Of a DNA stretch of 64,000 nucleotides, positions 8,717 to 18,708 are shown piece after piece; positions within the stretch are counted from its first letter, which is position 1, and each line of letters starts with the position of its first letter. Both the position numbers and the translations under genes were made by a program. This DNA comes from an uncultured Christensenella sp. GTDB lineage: Bacteria; Bacillota; Clostridia; Christensenellales; Borkfalkiaceae. The stretch spans positions 56,718-120,717 of the forward strand of contig CAYNLN010000003.1 in assembly GCA_964398065.1 (NCBI GenBank), in the 5' to 3' direction. Under the pieces are notes generated by a model. The model saw only the letters and a list, made by a program, of their open reading frames with translations, did no database searches and was not told the DNA's origin.

Positions 8717-10648
8717 CTAACACTTTGACAGTACTAAAACCTCATACGGCGCTACCGTAACTTTTCCGCAAAGTTTTTTGTTTGTAATACGGTCGATATA
8801 GTCATCTTCCAAAACGACGTAACCCTGACAATTTTCCGTTTCAACTACGGTCACGACGCCGTTGTCGCGCTCCGTCAATATAACGTTCAAACTCGCCTCC
8901 GCTATAGGCGCAACGCCTACAAGTTTAAGTAAGTCGTTATGATCAATGACGCTGCCTAATAATACTACCTTCCCCTTGCCTACCTTGCGACTTGCAACGA
9001 CTGTCAACCCGTAAAATTCTTCGCAAGTGTACGTCGCTAAACTTTCGGTGCCGTCCAAGCATTCGTACGCATCGAAATTAACGCCCGTTCTGCACGGTCT
9101 GCCGTCCGACCATTTTGCCGTAAACACGTCGTTATCGACAGGTTTTTGATACTTTGTATAAACGCCCGCAAAATCCTCCAAAAAGCCGTAAGGCGCGTCC
9201 GTGTATTTCGTTACGTTGCTGTCTAAAACGTCCGACATCGGTCCGACAATCCAAGTTCCGCCGCCCTCGACCCATTTTGTAATGCGATTTTTCAAGTCCT
9301 CGCTTATGTACGCTAAAAAGGGCGAAACGACGACGCTGTATTCGGACAAATCGTGCGACACGTCGATTACGTCGACGTTGTGGTGGCGGAACGCATAATA
9401 AAATTTGTTCAAAAGTTCGGTACGATACTTAAATCCCTTAACAAGCGGCGCAACGTTAAAAAGATTCATCGCCTCGGAAGAATAATGTAAGGCAATTTTA
9501 CTTTTAATCTTACCGCCCTCCAAAAGGCCTCGGCAGCAACTTATGTCTTTAGCGGCTTTTCTTACTTCCTCGCTGACGCGATAAGGCCTCCCCACGGCGG
9601 AATACAGCGCGCCGTGCCCTAATTCGTGTCCGTTGGGGTGAGTGCGGAAAAGCCAATACATATTCATTTCGGCGCCTTTTGTTACGGGAAGCCAAGTGTT
9701 TACGTAACAGTTGCCCATCGCTCTGTAACCGCAATCGGCGTATATACTGCCGTTCCATCCCACCTGCGTTTCCGTTACCCAAAAAGGTTTGTCTTTTACC
9801 GCACGGCAAAAGTCGTAGGAAAAAGCCGTCTCGGAAAGTTCTTCCGCGGGCTGGTAATGATTGAATTGCACGACGTCCAAGTTCTCGTTTACCTCGTAAT
9901 AACTTAAATCGTTGTGCTGCATCATATCCGTACCGACGTTTTTACAGCCGAAACTATGCAAAACCTCGGCTTGTTCGTCAACATAAGTTTTTATTTGACG
10001 ACATTGGAAATCCCACCACGCCTTTCTTAGCGACGGATGCTTCCATTGTTTAGGGTATACGGGCATTACGGCGTCGAAATCGTCGTATTTAAGCGACCAG
10101 CGCACCATTCCCCAAGCATTGTTTAGATTTTCAATGCTTCCGTATTTATCCTTCAGCCAAAGTCTGAAAGCCCTTTTGCAGTTTTCGCAATAGCAACCGC
10201 CGTCATAAGGGAAAATTTCATTGTCGATTTGCCACCCGATTACGCCTTTATGCGTTGCAAACGCCTCGGCAAGTTTCGTAACGATAATTCTGTTTTTCTC
10301 TCTTGCGATTTTAGACGTTTTGCAAACGTGACAACGCGAAGCAACGTCGGTTCTTGTTAAGTCGGACATAACAAGACGCATTTCGGTATATTTATCGAGC
10401 ATCCACCTCGGCGGAGTCGCCGTCGGCGTACACATAATCGTGTAAATGCCGTTTTCGTATAATTTGTCCACGACTTTTTTGAGCCATTCGAGGTTAAAAT
10501 TTCCCTCGGACGGTTCCATTTCGCCCCAAGCAAATTCCCCGACACGTAAAACGTTTATACCGAGGTCTTTGCACCTTTGTATGTCTTTCTCTACCTCTTT
10601 ATCGTCCCACATTTCGGGATAGTAAGCCGCGCCTAAATAAATGCTCAT
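8717..10648 (-). CDS. GH42-family beta-galactosidase
   Basis: N-terminus GAAYYPEMW...INVLRVGEFAWGEMEPSEGNFNLEWL, and the Cys cluster GGCYCENCKRAF typical of GH42. 643 aa. Confidence 0.8.
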   Translation of the reverse strand: MSIYLGAAYYPEMWDDKEVEKDIQRCKDLGINVLRVGEFAWGEMEPSEGNFNLEWLKKVVDKLYENGIYTIMCTPTATPPRWMLDKYTEMRLVMSDLTRTDVASRCHVCKTSKIAREKNRIIVTKLAEAFATHKGVIGWQIDNEIFPYDGGCYCENCKRAFRLWLKDKYGSIENLNNAWGMVRWSLKYDDFDAVMPVYPKQWKHPSLRKAWWDFQCRQIKTYVDEQAEVLHSFGCKNVGTDMMQHNDLSYYEVNENLDVVQFNHYQPAEELSETAFSYDFCRAVKDKPFWVTETQVGWNGSIYADCGYRAMGNCYVNTWLPVTKGAEMNMYWLFRTHPNGHELGHGALYSAVGRPYRVSEEVRKAAKDISCCRGLLEGGKIKSKIALHYSSEAMNLFNVAPLVKGFKYRTELLNKFYYAFRHHNVDVIDVSHDLSEYSVVVSPFLAYISEDLKNRITKWVEGGGTWIVGPMSDVLDSNVTKYTDAPYGFLEDFAGVYTKYQKPVDNDVFTAKWSDGRPCRTGVNFDAYECLDGTESLATYTCEEFYGLTVVASRKVGKGKVVLLGSVIDHNDLLKLVGVAPIAEASLNVILTERDNGVVTVVETENCQGYVVLEDDYIDRITNKKLCGKVTVAPYEVLVLSKC

Positions 10649-11014
10649 AATTTTTCCTCCGATAAAACAGTTTAAAAAAGTAAAATATGTTTGTCGTATG
10701 ATATTTTAACATTTTATCGGCGTTTCGCCAAGCATTTGGAAAGCCGCGTAATCAAAAAAACAGATATCATTGATTTTTTCAATCCCTTTCATATTGTTAA
10801 AAATAAGTTTATTACAAAAAAATTCAAAAGGCATCGGGCGAATTCTTGACTATACGCGCGATTTGTCGCCAAGTTATGAATATTTCTATAAGGTCAAGTT
10901 TATTAGTAGCTCTAACACGGCAATGCAATCTAAATCGTTTTTCATACCATGTCTGGCAATTATTTCAGATAAAGAAGTCGAAAGTTTATTCAACAATCTT
11001 TTTTTACATTGAAA

Positions 11015-11047
11015 GACTGTCGCTTAACGCGACAGTCCCATTTTTTA
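11015..11047. terminator. 9-bp GC-rich hairpin, probably the terminator downstream of the giant surface-protein gene
   Basis: GACTGTCGC-TTAAC-GCGACAGTC. The T-run is better on the + strand than on the - strand. Confidence 0.4.
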
Positions 11048-11139
11048 TATTCAATTTTTCCGCCAATGGTAGCAACAAATGCACATATAAACATTACGTC
11101 GATTCAATCGTGTCGGTATATTTTTTACGAATGCCGTTG

Positions 11140-14100
11140 TTACTTAATCCCTTTTTTTCGAAGAAAAAACATCAGCAAAGGCACAATCGCACCACACGAC
11201 AAGCCGAACAAAACTATCGACACAATCATCCAAGCGGTAACAGAGCTTAGTTTGTCGTTAAGCTCCTCGATATTCTCCGTCGCACCGCTCAAATCGCCGT
11301 TTAGCGAGTCAATCTTGCTTTGAGCATCGGCAACCTCGGTTTGGGTTTTGCCAAGTTCCGATTTTGTGTCGCTTAGTTCCGATTTTGTGTCATCCAGCTC
11401 GGTTTGGGTTTTGCCAAGTTCCGATTTTGTGTCGCTTAGTTCCGACTTTGTGTTATCAAGCTCGGCATTTGTTTCGTCCAGCTCGGTCTTAGTGTTATCA
11501 AGCTCGGTTTGCGTTTTATCCAGTTTGTCAGTCAAATCATCGGCAACCTCTGCCGTAACGTACCATTGAGCGCGCAACACCAAGTCCGCGACGACTTGCT
11601 TATCAAAGTCGTATGCAACGTCCCCGTTGAGCCAAACGTACATATAGCCGTCGTACGCCGGCAGCGAAACGGCTATTGCTTTTTGTCCACGCTCGACAAC
11701 AAGCTTTGTTACCGTTTGGTCGCCGTTTAGGTACGTTACGGTGAAAGAGTTTGAAGTATCCGCGCCCTCCACGTCGGAAAGATAAAATCCGCCCTTGATT
11801 GCAGAGTTATCGCAATAAACGTTTCGATTAAAAGTTGTAGAACTAACGCTTCCTTCCGGCATAACCACGGCGGATTCTTTCAAGTGCACGGTGCCGTCCA
11901 CGATTCCGCCCGATGCGTTAAGCGTGCTTTCCTTTAGATACAATGCGTCGGATTTGCCGTTGCTTTCCGTGCCGCTCGACGTGCAGTTTGTAATGCCGCC
12001 GTCCTTGATATCGATATCGCTTTCCGAATGGATACCGCCGCCTTCCGTTGCGTTGCAATTTTCAACGGAACCGCCTTCGAGCGATAGATACGACAGAGCC
12101 GATACATATATGCCGCCGCCGTACGTCGCGCGGCAATCATATACTGTGCCGCCGGCAAATATAAGCCCGCCTTTTTCTATCAAGACACCTCCGCCAAGGG
12201 AGCCGTCGTCTGCACTAAGCACACATCCCGTGCCGCCACTTATGAGCCCGCCGAGTGGCAAGTCGGTGTTCGAATGCACCGCGCCGGGATCGCTGTCGGT
12301 GATGGTAAGATATGCGTCATTGACGATTCTGATAACGCTACCCGAAGCTTCCGAATTTTGATAGCTTAAGATGTGACCGGCGAGATCCAAGGTGATATTA
12401 TTATTAACAATGACAGTTGCGCTCGGAGATATATCGTCAAGAAGCTTAAACTCTGTCATTCCGTTCCGCAGTGCATCCAGAAGCTCTTGCTCCGTCTTTA
12501 CATAACCGCTCCTCACGGTGAGCGTCACGGGCTCCGTAACAACGGACTCGAACACGTCCCCTATGGCGTTGGTGACCGTGCATCTGAACATTGCGCCGTT
12601 CATGCCGTGGGTCGTTGTATTGCACAGCAGGGAATAATCTGTTTCGCCCGCTTCGCACTGAATAGGAGCGACTGCGCTTTCCCAAGTCACGCCTCCGTCG
12701 TTGCTTATCTCCCAAAGCACCGTGTAGTTTGTTGTCGGATTATCTATCTGCAATATAAACTTAACGGCACTTCCGAGCCAGACGGTCTGGTCGACAGGTT
12801 CAGCCGTGATTATGGGCGCAAGCACCAATACCGGCGCAACCTCGTTTGTGTAAACAGTAACGCTAATATCGTCGTTCAACTTGTAGCCCACAAAGCATCT
12901 GTATTTTTCGTAGGAAGGCAGCGAAGCCCCGAACATATACATTGCTTGCTTATCCGTATCGAAATAGTTTTCGCTCGCAAGTTCCACCCAACCGAGAACG
13001 GAATCGTATCCCTGCCATTGATACGTCACGCTCACATTGCTTGAATACTCGTGCTTTGCGGACATGATAAACTTGCCCGTACTTGTCGCCGCCAAGCCTT
13101 GCGAATCGTCTATCGACAGATCGGAAATAACCCCCACGCTCACAACGTCCGAGTACGAGCACACGGTAAGGTCGTTTTTCGATATGCTAACCTTGCAGCG
13201 GTATAAGCCGCCGTCTGCCACGGTCAAGTTCTGCAAGTCAAAGGTGAACACCGTGTTTAAGTACGACTGCGTAAACACATCGCCCACGCTTTGCCAAGTA
13301 TCGCCGCCGTCCGTGCTTATTTCAAATTGATAGGTCTTGTAATAGTGGAAAAATACGCCGTTGTCGTCTACTTTCCAAGACGCGCCGTCGCCCTCGGTAT
13401 ATATGCCGTCCGCCATATTACTTATAACCACACCGCCGTCATCGAATGCGGGCGGAAACAAGATGTACACATAGGCGTAGTCGCTGTATCTTGTGTAATT
13501 CACGTTCTTGTACTTAAACTTGACCTGCAACCTGTATCTCGAAACAGAGCCGATCCCCGATACGTTTTCGTAATACAGCGTAGTCGCGGTGATTTTGTTT
13601 TCGGTATTGACTTTATCATAGTTGCCGTTCGACCAAGTTTCGTATATCCACTCATAGGTCACGTCGGATATGCCGTTGCCGTCCCCGTCCGTGTAATCCT
13701 CATCGAAAGCAGCCGTTAACGACAAGGAATCGGACGACGTTAAAGTGACGGTGCTCTCCGGTTGAACGATAAATCCCGCAAAATCGAGAACCGTAAACGT
13801 TGCCTCGTTCGAATATACCGTGTAGTCGCCGGATCGCATAACGCAACGTAGCTTCCAGCCGTTCATTTCTGTAGTAAAAGTAACTTCTACTCCCAAGCTG
13901 CCATACCAGCTATCCGTTACTTCGGAGTTTCCGTACGGGCTCAAATACTTAGTTGAAAAAATAATACTAAGCCCGGATTTAAAAGCCGGATTGTCCAAGG
14001 CGCGTTGCCAGGTCTCTCCGTCATCGGTGCTATATTCGTACCAGCAATCGACAACGCCCATATAACAGTTTTTTAAGTTGATTGAAAAATATTTGGTCAC

Positions 14101-16983
14101 TCCCGCGTAATTATCTGCCGGTGAAACACTTAATCCGCCGCTAAAGTACGGTAGTTCTCTGAACGTCAGATTCGTCGTGGTCGTGTAATACGTCGGGTAA
14201 GACTTAAAAGCCGTGCCTGACACATAATATTTGCTCGAATAACATCTCACACGATACAGCACCTTGTACGAATCGTCGCTCTCGACGGTAACAGAAAACG
14301 TGTTTTGATTTTCCGTTCCCGCAATATCCACGAAGCCGCTGCCGTCCTCGTTTTTTTGCCAGATAAAGTTATAATTGTTTGCTATCCAATCGTTATATCC
14401 CTTGAAATCGTCGAAGGAAAACGTAAAGCTTTTCGTTTCGTCTTTGCCCACCAATTTAGGTGCCAATCCGGTCGGATTGTAATCGAACACGAAAACGGAT
14501 GCATTAAACTCGCTCACTTGCGTGTTGCCTTGACGTATCGAGCAGGTGTACACGCTACCGTCATCTTTGAGAGCCTTGACTTGCTCCGTCAAACTAAGTC
14601 CCGAGCCGAGTTTCGTAACCTTCCCGTCCCTATCCGTGCAAGTCCAATTCACTGTAAATCCGTCGGGGACGGTCGTTGTTGTCGAGCCTTGCAATATCTC
14701 GGTCGACGTACTGCCTCCGAACGTGGTTACCGGTCTTGTTACTTGTTTTGCAAATGTGCCGACCGATATTGTGAGCGTGTCGCCGTCTGCCAAATAGTAT
14801 TTGGTGTCCGCATTGCCGCCGACAAACACGTCGGTTTCGACCAAGCGATACATAGAAAACGTTCTTTCCGCCTCTGCCGCCGTGGGATACAAGTAGTACA
14901 TGTATCCGTCGGTCGGGTTAACCACCGCATACTTAAACAATCTGGACGACAAGCCGACCGTTTGATACTTATCCCAAGAGTACAGCTTGCCGTCTATCGG
15001 ATAAAGTCCGGTGCTATCGTAAGAGCCGGAGGAAAACGAGAGGTCTGTTTGGAAGTTTACCGAGTCGGCATATTCGCCGAAGTCGAACGTCCACTTGCGG
15101 TAAGGACTGCTCTCTGACGTGTCCTCGTAAGCGACGTTGATATTTCCGCCGTAAAAAATAACGTCGCAGCCGCTGTTAATCCAGCCGCTTTTTACCGTTC
15201 CTCCACGGAAGTTTACCGAGCCATAGCTTACAAATCTCCGCACGCCTAATTCGTTGCAACCGTCTGCGTTCAACGAATTGACTATTCCGTCGCCGGAAAA
15301 GTAAATCGTCGCGCCCGTATATGTATACAAATTAAACGCACCGTAGGTATTGCCGCCGCCCAATTCCAGCGAAATGCTATCGTCCAGCGCAACAAAGGTG
15401 CTTGTAGTATCGCCTGCAATCGGCTTTATTTTCCAATCGCCGGATACGGAATAAACGTTGTAACCGTTGACATCGGCAAAGTCCGCCATATCGATTATGC
15501 TACTTGAAAGCGTTATTGCATCGTTGAACAAAATGTTCCGTGCGTATTGCAACGTGCCGATGTTATTGCGCAAATAGAGGGCGCTTATGTTTGCCGTATA
15601 GTTGTACTTTGTATCCTCGATACTTGTGGACATCGTCCCAAACGGGAGCGGAAAGCTGTGCATAAAAGACTCCAGCTTGAAGCTTTTTGACCCCGATTTA
15701 ATTAACTCGCCTTGTATCGTTGTGTTACCGCCAAGGAAATATGCATAATCCTCTATATTGAAACCGCTCAAATATGCATTGTCGGGCATTGTGTCGTGGG
15801 TGGTAATTTTGGTGTACAGCCTGCCGCCGTCATACGAAGTGCAGCTCGATGCATATATGCCCGTTGCCTTGAATGTGACGTTTTTAGTAACATCGGAGAT
15901 AAACGCCATATCAACAGTAACGCCTGCGCCGCCCTTGATGTTCAAAGAGCCTGCCTTTATTCCGTAAACGTCTATCGGGAAAGCCGCCCAAATCGAACCA
16001 ACCTTGGGTGCGGTGTTGTGCACATACACATCAACGGATGCCCCCGTAAAAGTGACGCTGCCCGTTGCCAATATTGCGGCAGTAGCATGACCAATGATAC
16101 CGTTATATATATTATTGCCGTGTTGAGTGCGGGCTATTATACGGTTATAGGTCGCAGATAAGTCGTGGCAATTAATACCGCTGCCGATGCAGGAATCGGC
16201 TCGCAAACCGCCACCGCCCGTGAGAGTCAAATTTTTACAGTACACGGCGTCTCTGTGCGTATAAATCTGCAGCGGATAATAAGTGGGGTTATATTTCATC
16301 GGGGCATAGTCGTCCTCGATGTCAATTATCAAATCTACGCCCGGGGCGTAAATGCCGTAATAAATAGAACCGTCCTTGTCGTAATCATCCGCATCGTCGA
16401 TGTCGCCAAAATAAGAAGCGTATTCCCCCTTTACCTTGATATTAAGAGAGGAGCACACTGAGGAATCTATCGCAAGGTGAGCTTGGCTCGATTTACCGCT
16501 AAAATCGGGAAAACGTTCATGGGTTAACCCTAAGGTGCTATCCAAGCTTGTAGCGCTGTAATAACCGTTCAGCGTTAGCGTATTGGTGCTAAAATTGTAG
16601 CTCCACCCTCCGCCGTTATGCCTATCGCTTGTTATTTCTCCGCCGCCGATATATATACCCGTCTTTGTAGACGAGGTGCTTGCCCTTGCTGCGGATTTTT
16701 GGGAATTACTTTTATCCACAGTCGTTGCACGCTGTGCGGTTGCCAAGGCAAGGTTATCGGTATTTGTACACTCGGCTTGACTTGTAACCGTGTCGCCACT
16801 GTCCAAGTCCGCATCGCCACTGCTTGCAACAAGGCTTTCGGCAGCTATACAATCGGCTTGACTTGAAACCGTGTCGTTGTCGATTGCGCTTGCATCACTA
16901 CTGCATGCAACGAAAAGCATGGAACAGCAAAGAAGCAGCGTCAAAGTGACAAGTGAAACAAATAGATTTCGTTTGGCTTTCAT
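11140..16983 (-). CDS. Giant (1947 aa) cell-surface lipoprotein with beta-helix/PbH1-like repeats, Ig-like modules carrying Asp-box motifs, a Listeria-Bacteroides-type repeat, a coiled-coil repeat and a C-terminal TM anchor
   Basis: Signal peptide plus lipobox (LFVAC). Repeated SxDxGxTW motifs (STDDGETWQ, STDGGDTWQ, SNDGGVTWE). GGG-rich beta-helix repeats (GGGVLIEKGG..., YGGGIYV, EGGGIHS). C-terminal TELDxTKSEL repeats followed by a hydrophobic helix and KKGIK. Confidence 0.8.
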   Translation of the reverse strand: MKAKRNLFVSLVTLTLLLCCSMLFVACSSDASAIDNDTVSSQADCIAAESLVASSGDADLDSGDTVTSQAECTNTDNLALATAQRATTVDKSNSQKSAARASTSSTKTGIYIGGGEITSDRHNGGGWSYNFSTNTLTLNGYYSATSLDSTLGLTHERFPDFSGKSSQAHLAIDSSVCSSLNIKVKGEYASYFGDIDDADDYDKDGSIYYGIYAPGVDLIIDIEDDYAPMKYNPTYYPLQIYTHRDAVYCKNLTLTGGGGLRADSCIGSGINCHDLSATYNRIIARTQHGNNIYNGIIGHATAAILATGSVTFTGASVDVYVHNTAPKVGSIWAAFPIDVYGIKAGSLNIKGGAGVTVDMAFISDVTKNVTFKATGIYASSCTSYDGGRLYTKITTHDTMPDNAYLSGFNIEDYAYFLGGNTTIQGELIKSGSKSFKLESFMHSFPLPFGTMSTSIEDTKYNYTANISALYLRNNIGTLQYARNILFNDAITLSSSIIDMADFADVNGYNVYSVSGDWKIKPIAGDTTSTFVALDDSISLELGGGNTYGAFNLYTYTGATIYFSGDGIVNSLNADGCNELGVRRFVSYGSVNFRGGTVKSGWINSGCDVIFYGGNINVAYEDTSESSPYRKWTFDFGEYADSVNFQTDLSFSSGSYDSTGLYPIDGKLYSWDKYQTVGLSSRLFKYAVVNPTDGYMYYLYPTAAEAERTFSMYRLVETDVFVGGNADTKYYLADGDTLTISVGTFAKQVTRPVTTFGGSTSTEILQGSTTTTVPDGFTVNWTCTDRDGKVTKLGSGLSLTEQVKALKDDGSVYTCSIRQGNTQVSEFNASVFVFDYNPTGLAPKLVGKDETKSFTFSFDDFKGYNDWIANNYNFIWQKNEDGSGFVDIAGTENQNTFSVTVESDDSYKVLYRVRCYSSKYYVSGTAFKSYPTYYTTTTNLTFRELPYFSGGLSVSPADNYAGVTKYFSINLKNCYMGVVDCWYEYSTDDGETWQRALDNPAFKSGLSIIFSTKYLSPYGNSEVTDSWYGSLGVEVTFTTEMNGWKLRCVMRSGDYTVYSNEATFTVLDFAGFIVQPESTVTLTSSDSLSLTAAFDEDYTDGDGNGISDVTYEWIYETWSNGNYDKVNTENKITATTLYYENVSGIGSVSRYRLQVKFKYKNVNYTRYSDYAYVYILFPPAFDDGGVVISNMADGIYTEGDGASWKVDDNGVFFHYYKTYQFEISTDGGDTWQSVGDVFTQSYLNTVFTFDLQNLTVADGGLYRCKVSISKNDLTVCSYSDVVSVGVISDLSIDDSQGLAATSTGKFIMSAKHEYSSNVSVTYQWQGYDSVLGWVELASENYFDTDKQAMYMFGASLPSYEKYRCFVGYKLNDDISVTVYTNEVAPVLVLAPIITAEPVDQTVWLGSAVKFILQIDNPTTNYTVLWEISNDGGVTWESAVAPIQCEAGETDYSLLCNTTTHGMNGAMFRCTVTNAIGDVFESVVTEPVTLTVRSGYVKTEQELLDALRNGMTEFKLLDDISPSATVIVNNNITLDLAGHILSYQNSEASGSVIRIVNDAYLTITDSDPGAVHSNTDLPLGGLISGGTGCVLSADDGSLGGGVLIEKGGLIFAGGTVYDCRATYGGGIYVSALSYLSLEGGSVENCNATEGGGIHSESDIDIKDGGITNCTSSGTESNGKSDALYLKESTLNASGGIVDGTVHLKESAVVMPEGSVSSTTFNRNVYCDNSAIKGGFYLSDVEGADTSNSFTVTYLNGDQTVTKLVVERGQKAIAVSLPAYDGYMYVWLNGDVAYDFDKQVVADLVLRAQWYVTAEVADDLTDKLDKTQTELDNTKTELDETNAELDNTKSELSDTKSELGKTQTELDDTKSELSDTKSELGKTQTEVADAQSKIDSLNGDLSGATENIEELNDKLSSVTAWMIVSIVLFGLSCGAIVPLLMFFLRKKGIK
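11335..11530 (-). repeat. In-frame tandem repeat (2 x 63 nt near-identical plus degenerate 21-nt subunits)
   Basis: 11335-11397 and 11398-11460 are near-identical. They encode (D/E)xTKSEL heptad-like repeats. Confidence 0.85.
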
Positions 16984-17062
16984 ATGATTACCTCCTCAAA
17001 GTAACTAAGCCTGTTTTATTTTGTAACAGCTCACCGCCGTTTACAATTCCGATGGGGTGCTT

Positions 17063-17103
17063 GTGTAGTATATTAATACTACACAAAAGGGATATCCCTT
17101 TTG
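17063..17103. promoter_or_regulatory. Two adjacent palindromes between the TetR gene and the giant surface-protein gene (candidate operator and/or terminator)
   Basis: GTGTAGTA-TATTAA-TACTACAC (17063-17084) and the perfect 20-bp palindrome CAAAAGGGATATCCCTTTTG (17084-17103). Confidence 0.4.
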
Positions 17104-17134
17104 TGCGTTTTTGAATTCTTGCGTTTGTTTTATT

Positions 17135-17716
17135 TTATGCTTGGGGCTTGTATTTTTCGTAGAACAGCGCAATGCTTTGTTTTAAGAAACGAAGCTGCTC
17201 CTGCAAATAAAATTCGTCCTCGTAAAGTGCGTAATGCACGCAAGCGCGAACAAATACGAAGATCATCGGTCGCAATACGTCGGAAGGAAATCCGATCTTT
17301 TCCGCCAAGCCGTCGGCATAGTCGGAATACCGCTTGTTTACGCCCTCGAAGAATTTTTTGCCGTGTTCACGGTATTTGGGGTTGGTGTAAATCTGATACA
17401 TTAAGCGATACTGTTTGCCGTGATGCTCCGCCGTCCAATACGGTACTTCGCTTATAAACCGCTCCAGATCGTCCGCCCCCGTCGGTGCAAGCGACATAAA
17501 GTCGTCCTCGACTTTCGACATACAATGCTCGGTGGCTTGAATGACCAACTCGTCAAGGTCGGTAAAGTAAGCATATAAGTTGGCGGAAGAAAATCCGCAA
17601 TACTTTCCTAAACCTTTGATACCCACGTTTCCGAAGCCTTGCTCGGCATAACACTCGAAGCATTTTTCAAGGATCTCGTTTTTTCTTTTTTCGTGATGAT
17701 TTATGATTTCATCCAT
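17135..17716 (-). CDS. TetR/AcrR-family transcriptional regulator
   Basis: 193 aa with an N-terminal HTH (FECYAEQGFGNVGIKGLGKYCGFSSANLYAYF). Confidence 0.8.
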   Translation of the reverse strand: MDEIINHHEKRKNEILEKCFECYAEQGFGNVGIKGLGKYCGFSSANLYAYFTDLDELVIQATEHCMSKVEDDFMSLAPTGADDLERFISEVPYWTAEHHGKQYRLMYQIYTNPKYREHGKKFFEGVNKRYSDYADGLAEKIGFPSDVLRPMIFVFVRACVHYALYEDEFYLQEQLRFLKQSIALFYEKYKPQA

Positions 17717-17989
17717 CTGTTACAACCTCCTGACTTATCAATCAATAAGATTACATCATAGGCTGCTGCATTCTGCAACCGTTTTTATCTAAAAAAGTCA
17801 AATTTGTTTTGCAAATATTCTATTAATTACGAGACGCTTTTGCGTAAACATAAGGTGCTTTGCATTTTTACGCTGTTAAATTTAGAAAAATAGAGGCAAA
17901 CGAATGAAGTAATACTTGCCGTATTACAAACGAGTTTAACAAAGATTTTGCAAATTAAACAGTGCTAAAACTTAATCGATTTGGCTCGC

Positions 17990-18640
17990 TAACGGCTAAG
18001 CAAACGCAACATCGTTGCGTTTGGTCGGTCTGCTTTCATAAAAAACAAACTTCCGTTGCAAGCCGACTTTCCGCCCGCTTGGTTCCCCTCTTTCATGTCT
18101 TTATACACGGAAAAAGGAAAGGACAAGCCTTTCCTTTTTCCGTGGCGGAGGCAGAGGGATTCGCTCCGCTCGGCTTCCGCCTATTAGGCTCTTACTCCCT
18201 TTATGCTTTGACTATCGTCAAAGACAATTACAATTCGTTTTTACCTATCTTGCCTCGCTATCACGCCTGTACGGCAAACGGCAAGAGCAATTGCCGTTTG
18301 GTCGTCTTGCCTTACGTTCTTGTTTTTCTTTCTTTTGCAAGGCGACTTCCCGCCCGTTCGAACCCCTCTTTATACTATCAAAGCCCCCCGAAGTCGAAAA
18401 ACTTCGGGGGGCTTTGGCGGAGGCAGAGGGATTCGCTCCGCAAAACTTTTGTTTTGCTATCACGCCTGTGCGGCAAACGACCGATTCAACGGTCCTTTGG
18501 TCGACTTGCATTGAAAATATTTAAACTAACCATTGCAAGTCGACTTCCCGCCCGTTCGAATCCCTCTTTCATGTCTTTATACACGAAAAAAGGAAAGGAC
18601 AAAGCCTTTCCTTTTTCCGTGGCGGAGGCAGAGGGATTCG
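17990..18640. repeat. Three tandem units (spacing 272 and 205 bp), each ending in the 3'-terminal 21 nt of tRNA-Ser
   Basis: TGGCGGAGGCAGAGGGATTCG occurs at 18143-18163, 18415-18435 and 18620-18640; the last copy is the real tRNA 3' end. Each copy is preceded by a terminator hairpin, a conserved box TTGCAAGNCGACTTYCCGCCCG...CCCTCTTT, and two hairpins with compensatory changes. Confidence 0.85.
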
Positions 18641-18708
18641 AACCCCCGTGGGCGTGAACCCAAACGGTTTTCAAGACCGCCTCGTTGTGACCGCTTCGAT
18701 ATGCCTCC
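18620..18708 (-). tRNA. tRNA-Ser (anticodon UGA), CCA encoded
   Basis: Minus sense reads GGAGGCA-TA-TCG..CGA-G-GCGGT-CTTGAAA-ACCGT-long variable arm-GGGGGTTCGAATCCCTC-TGCCTCC-G-CCA. The cloverleaf was folded by hand. Confidence 0.9.

Noticed and set aside
11348-16866. Many + strand ORFs (for example 12373-13044 and 14305-15117) and short minus-strand ORFs in other frames (for example 11934-12158) inside the giant gene region.
   Set aside because: All are fully nested in the 1947-aa minus-strand ORF, antisense or out of frame. They have no RBS and give low-complexity translations. The same reasoning applies to nested ORFs elsewhere, for example 7377-7838, 34980-35582, 36478-36879, 46450-46929, 47578-48033 and 53386-53766.
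17962-18657. 231-aa + strand ORF with internal repeats (…ARSNPS…, …KAFPFSVAEAEGF…).
   Set aside because: The ORF exists only because it runs through the three tRNA-3'-end/terminator repeat units. It has no RBS, it reads through strong terminator hairpins, and its 'protein repeats' are simply the DNA repeats translated.
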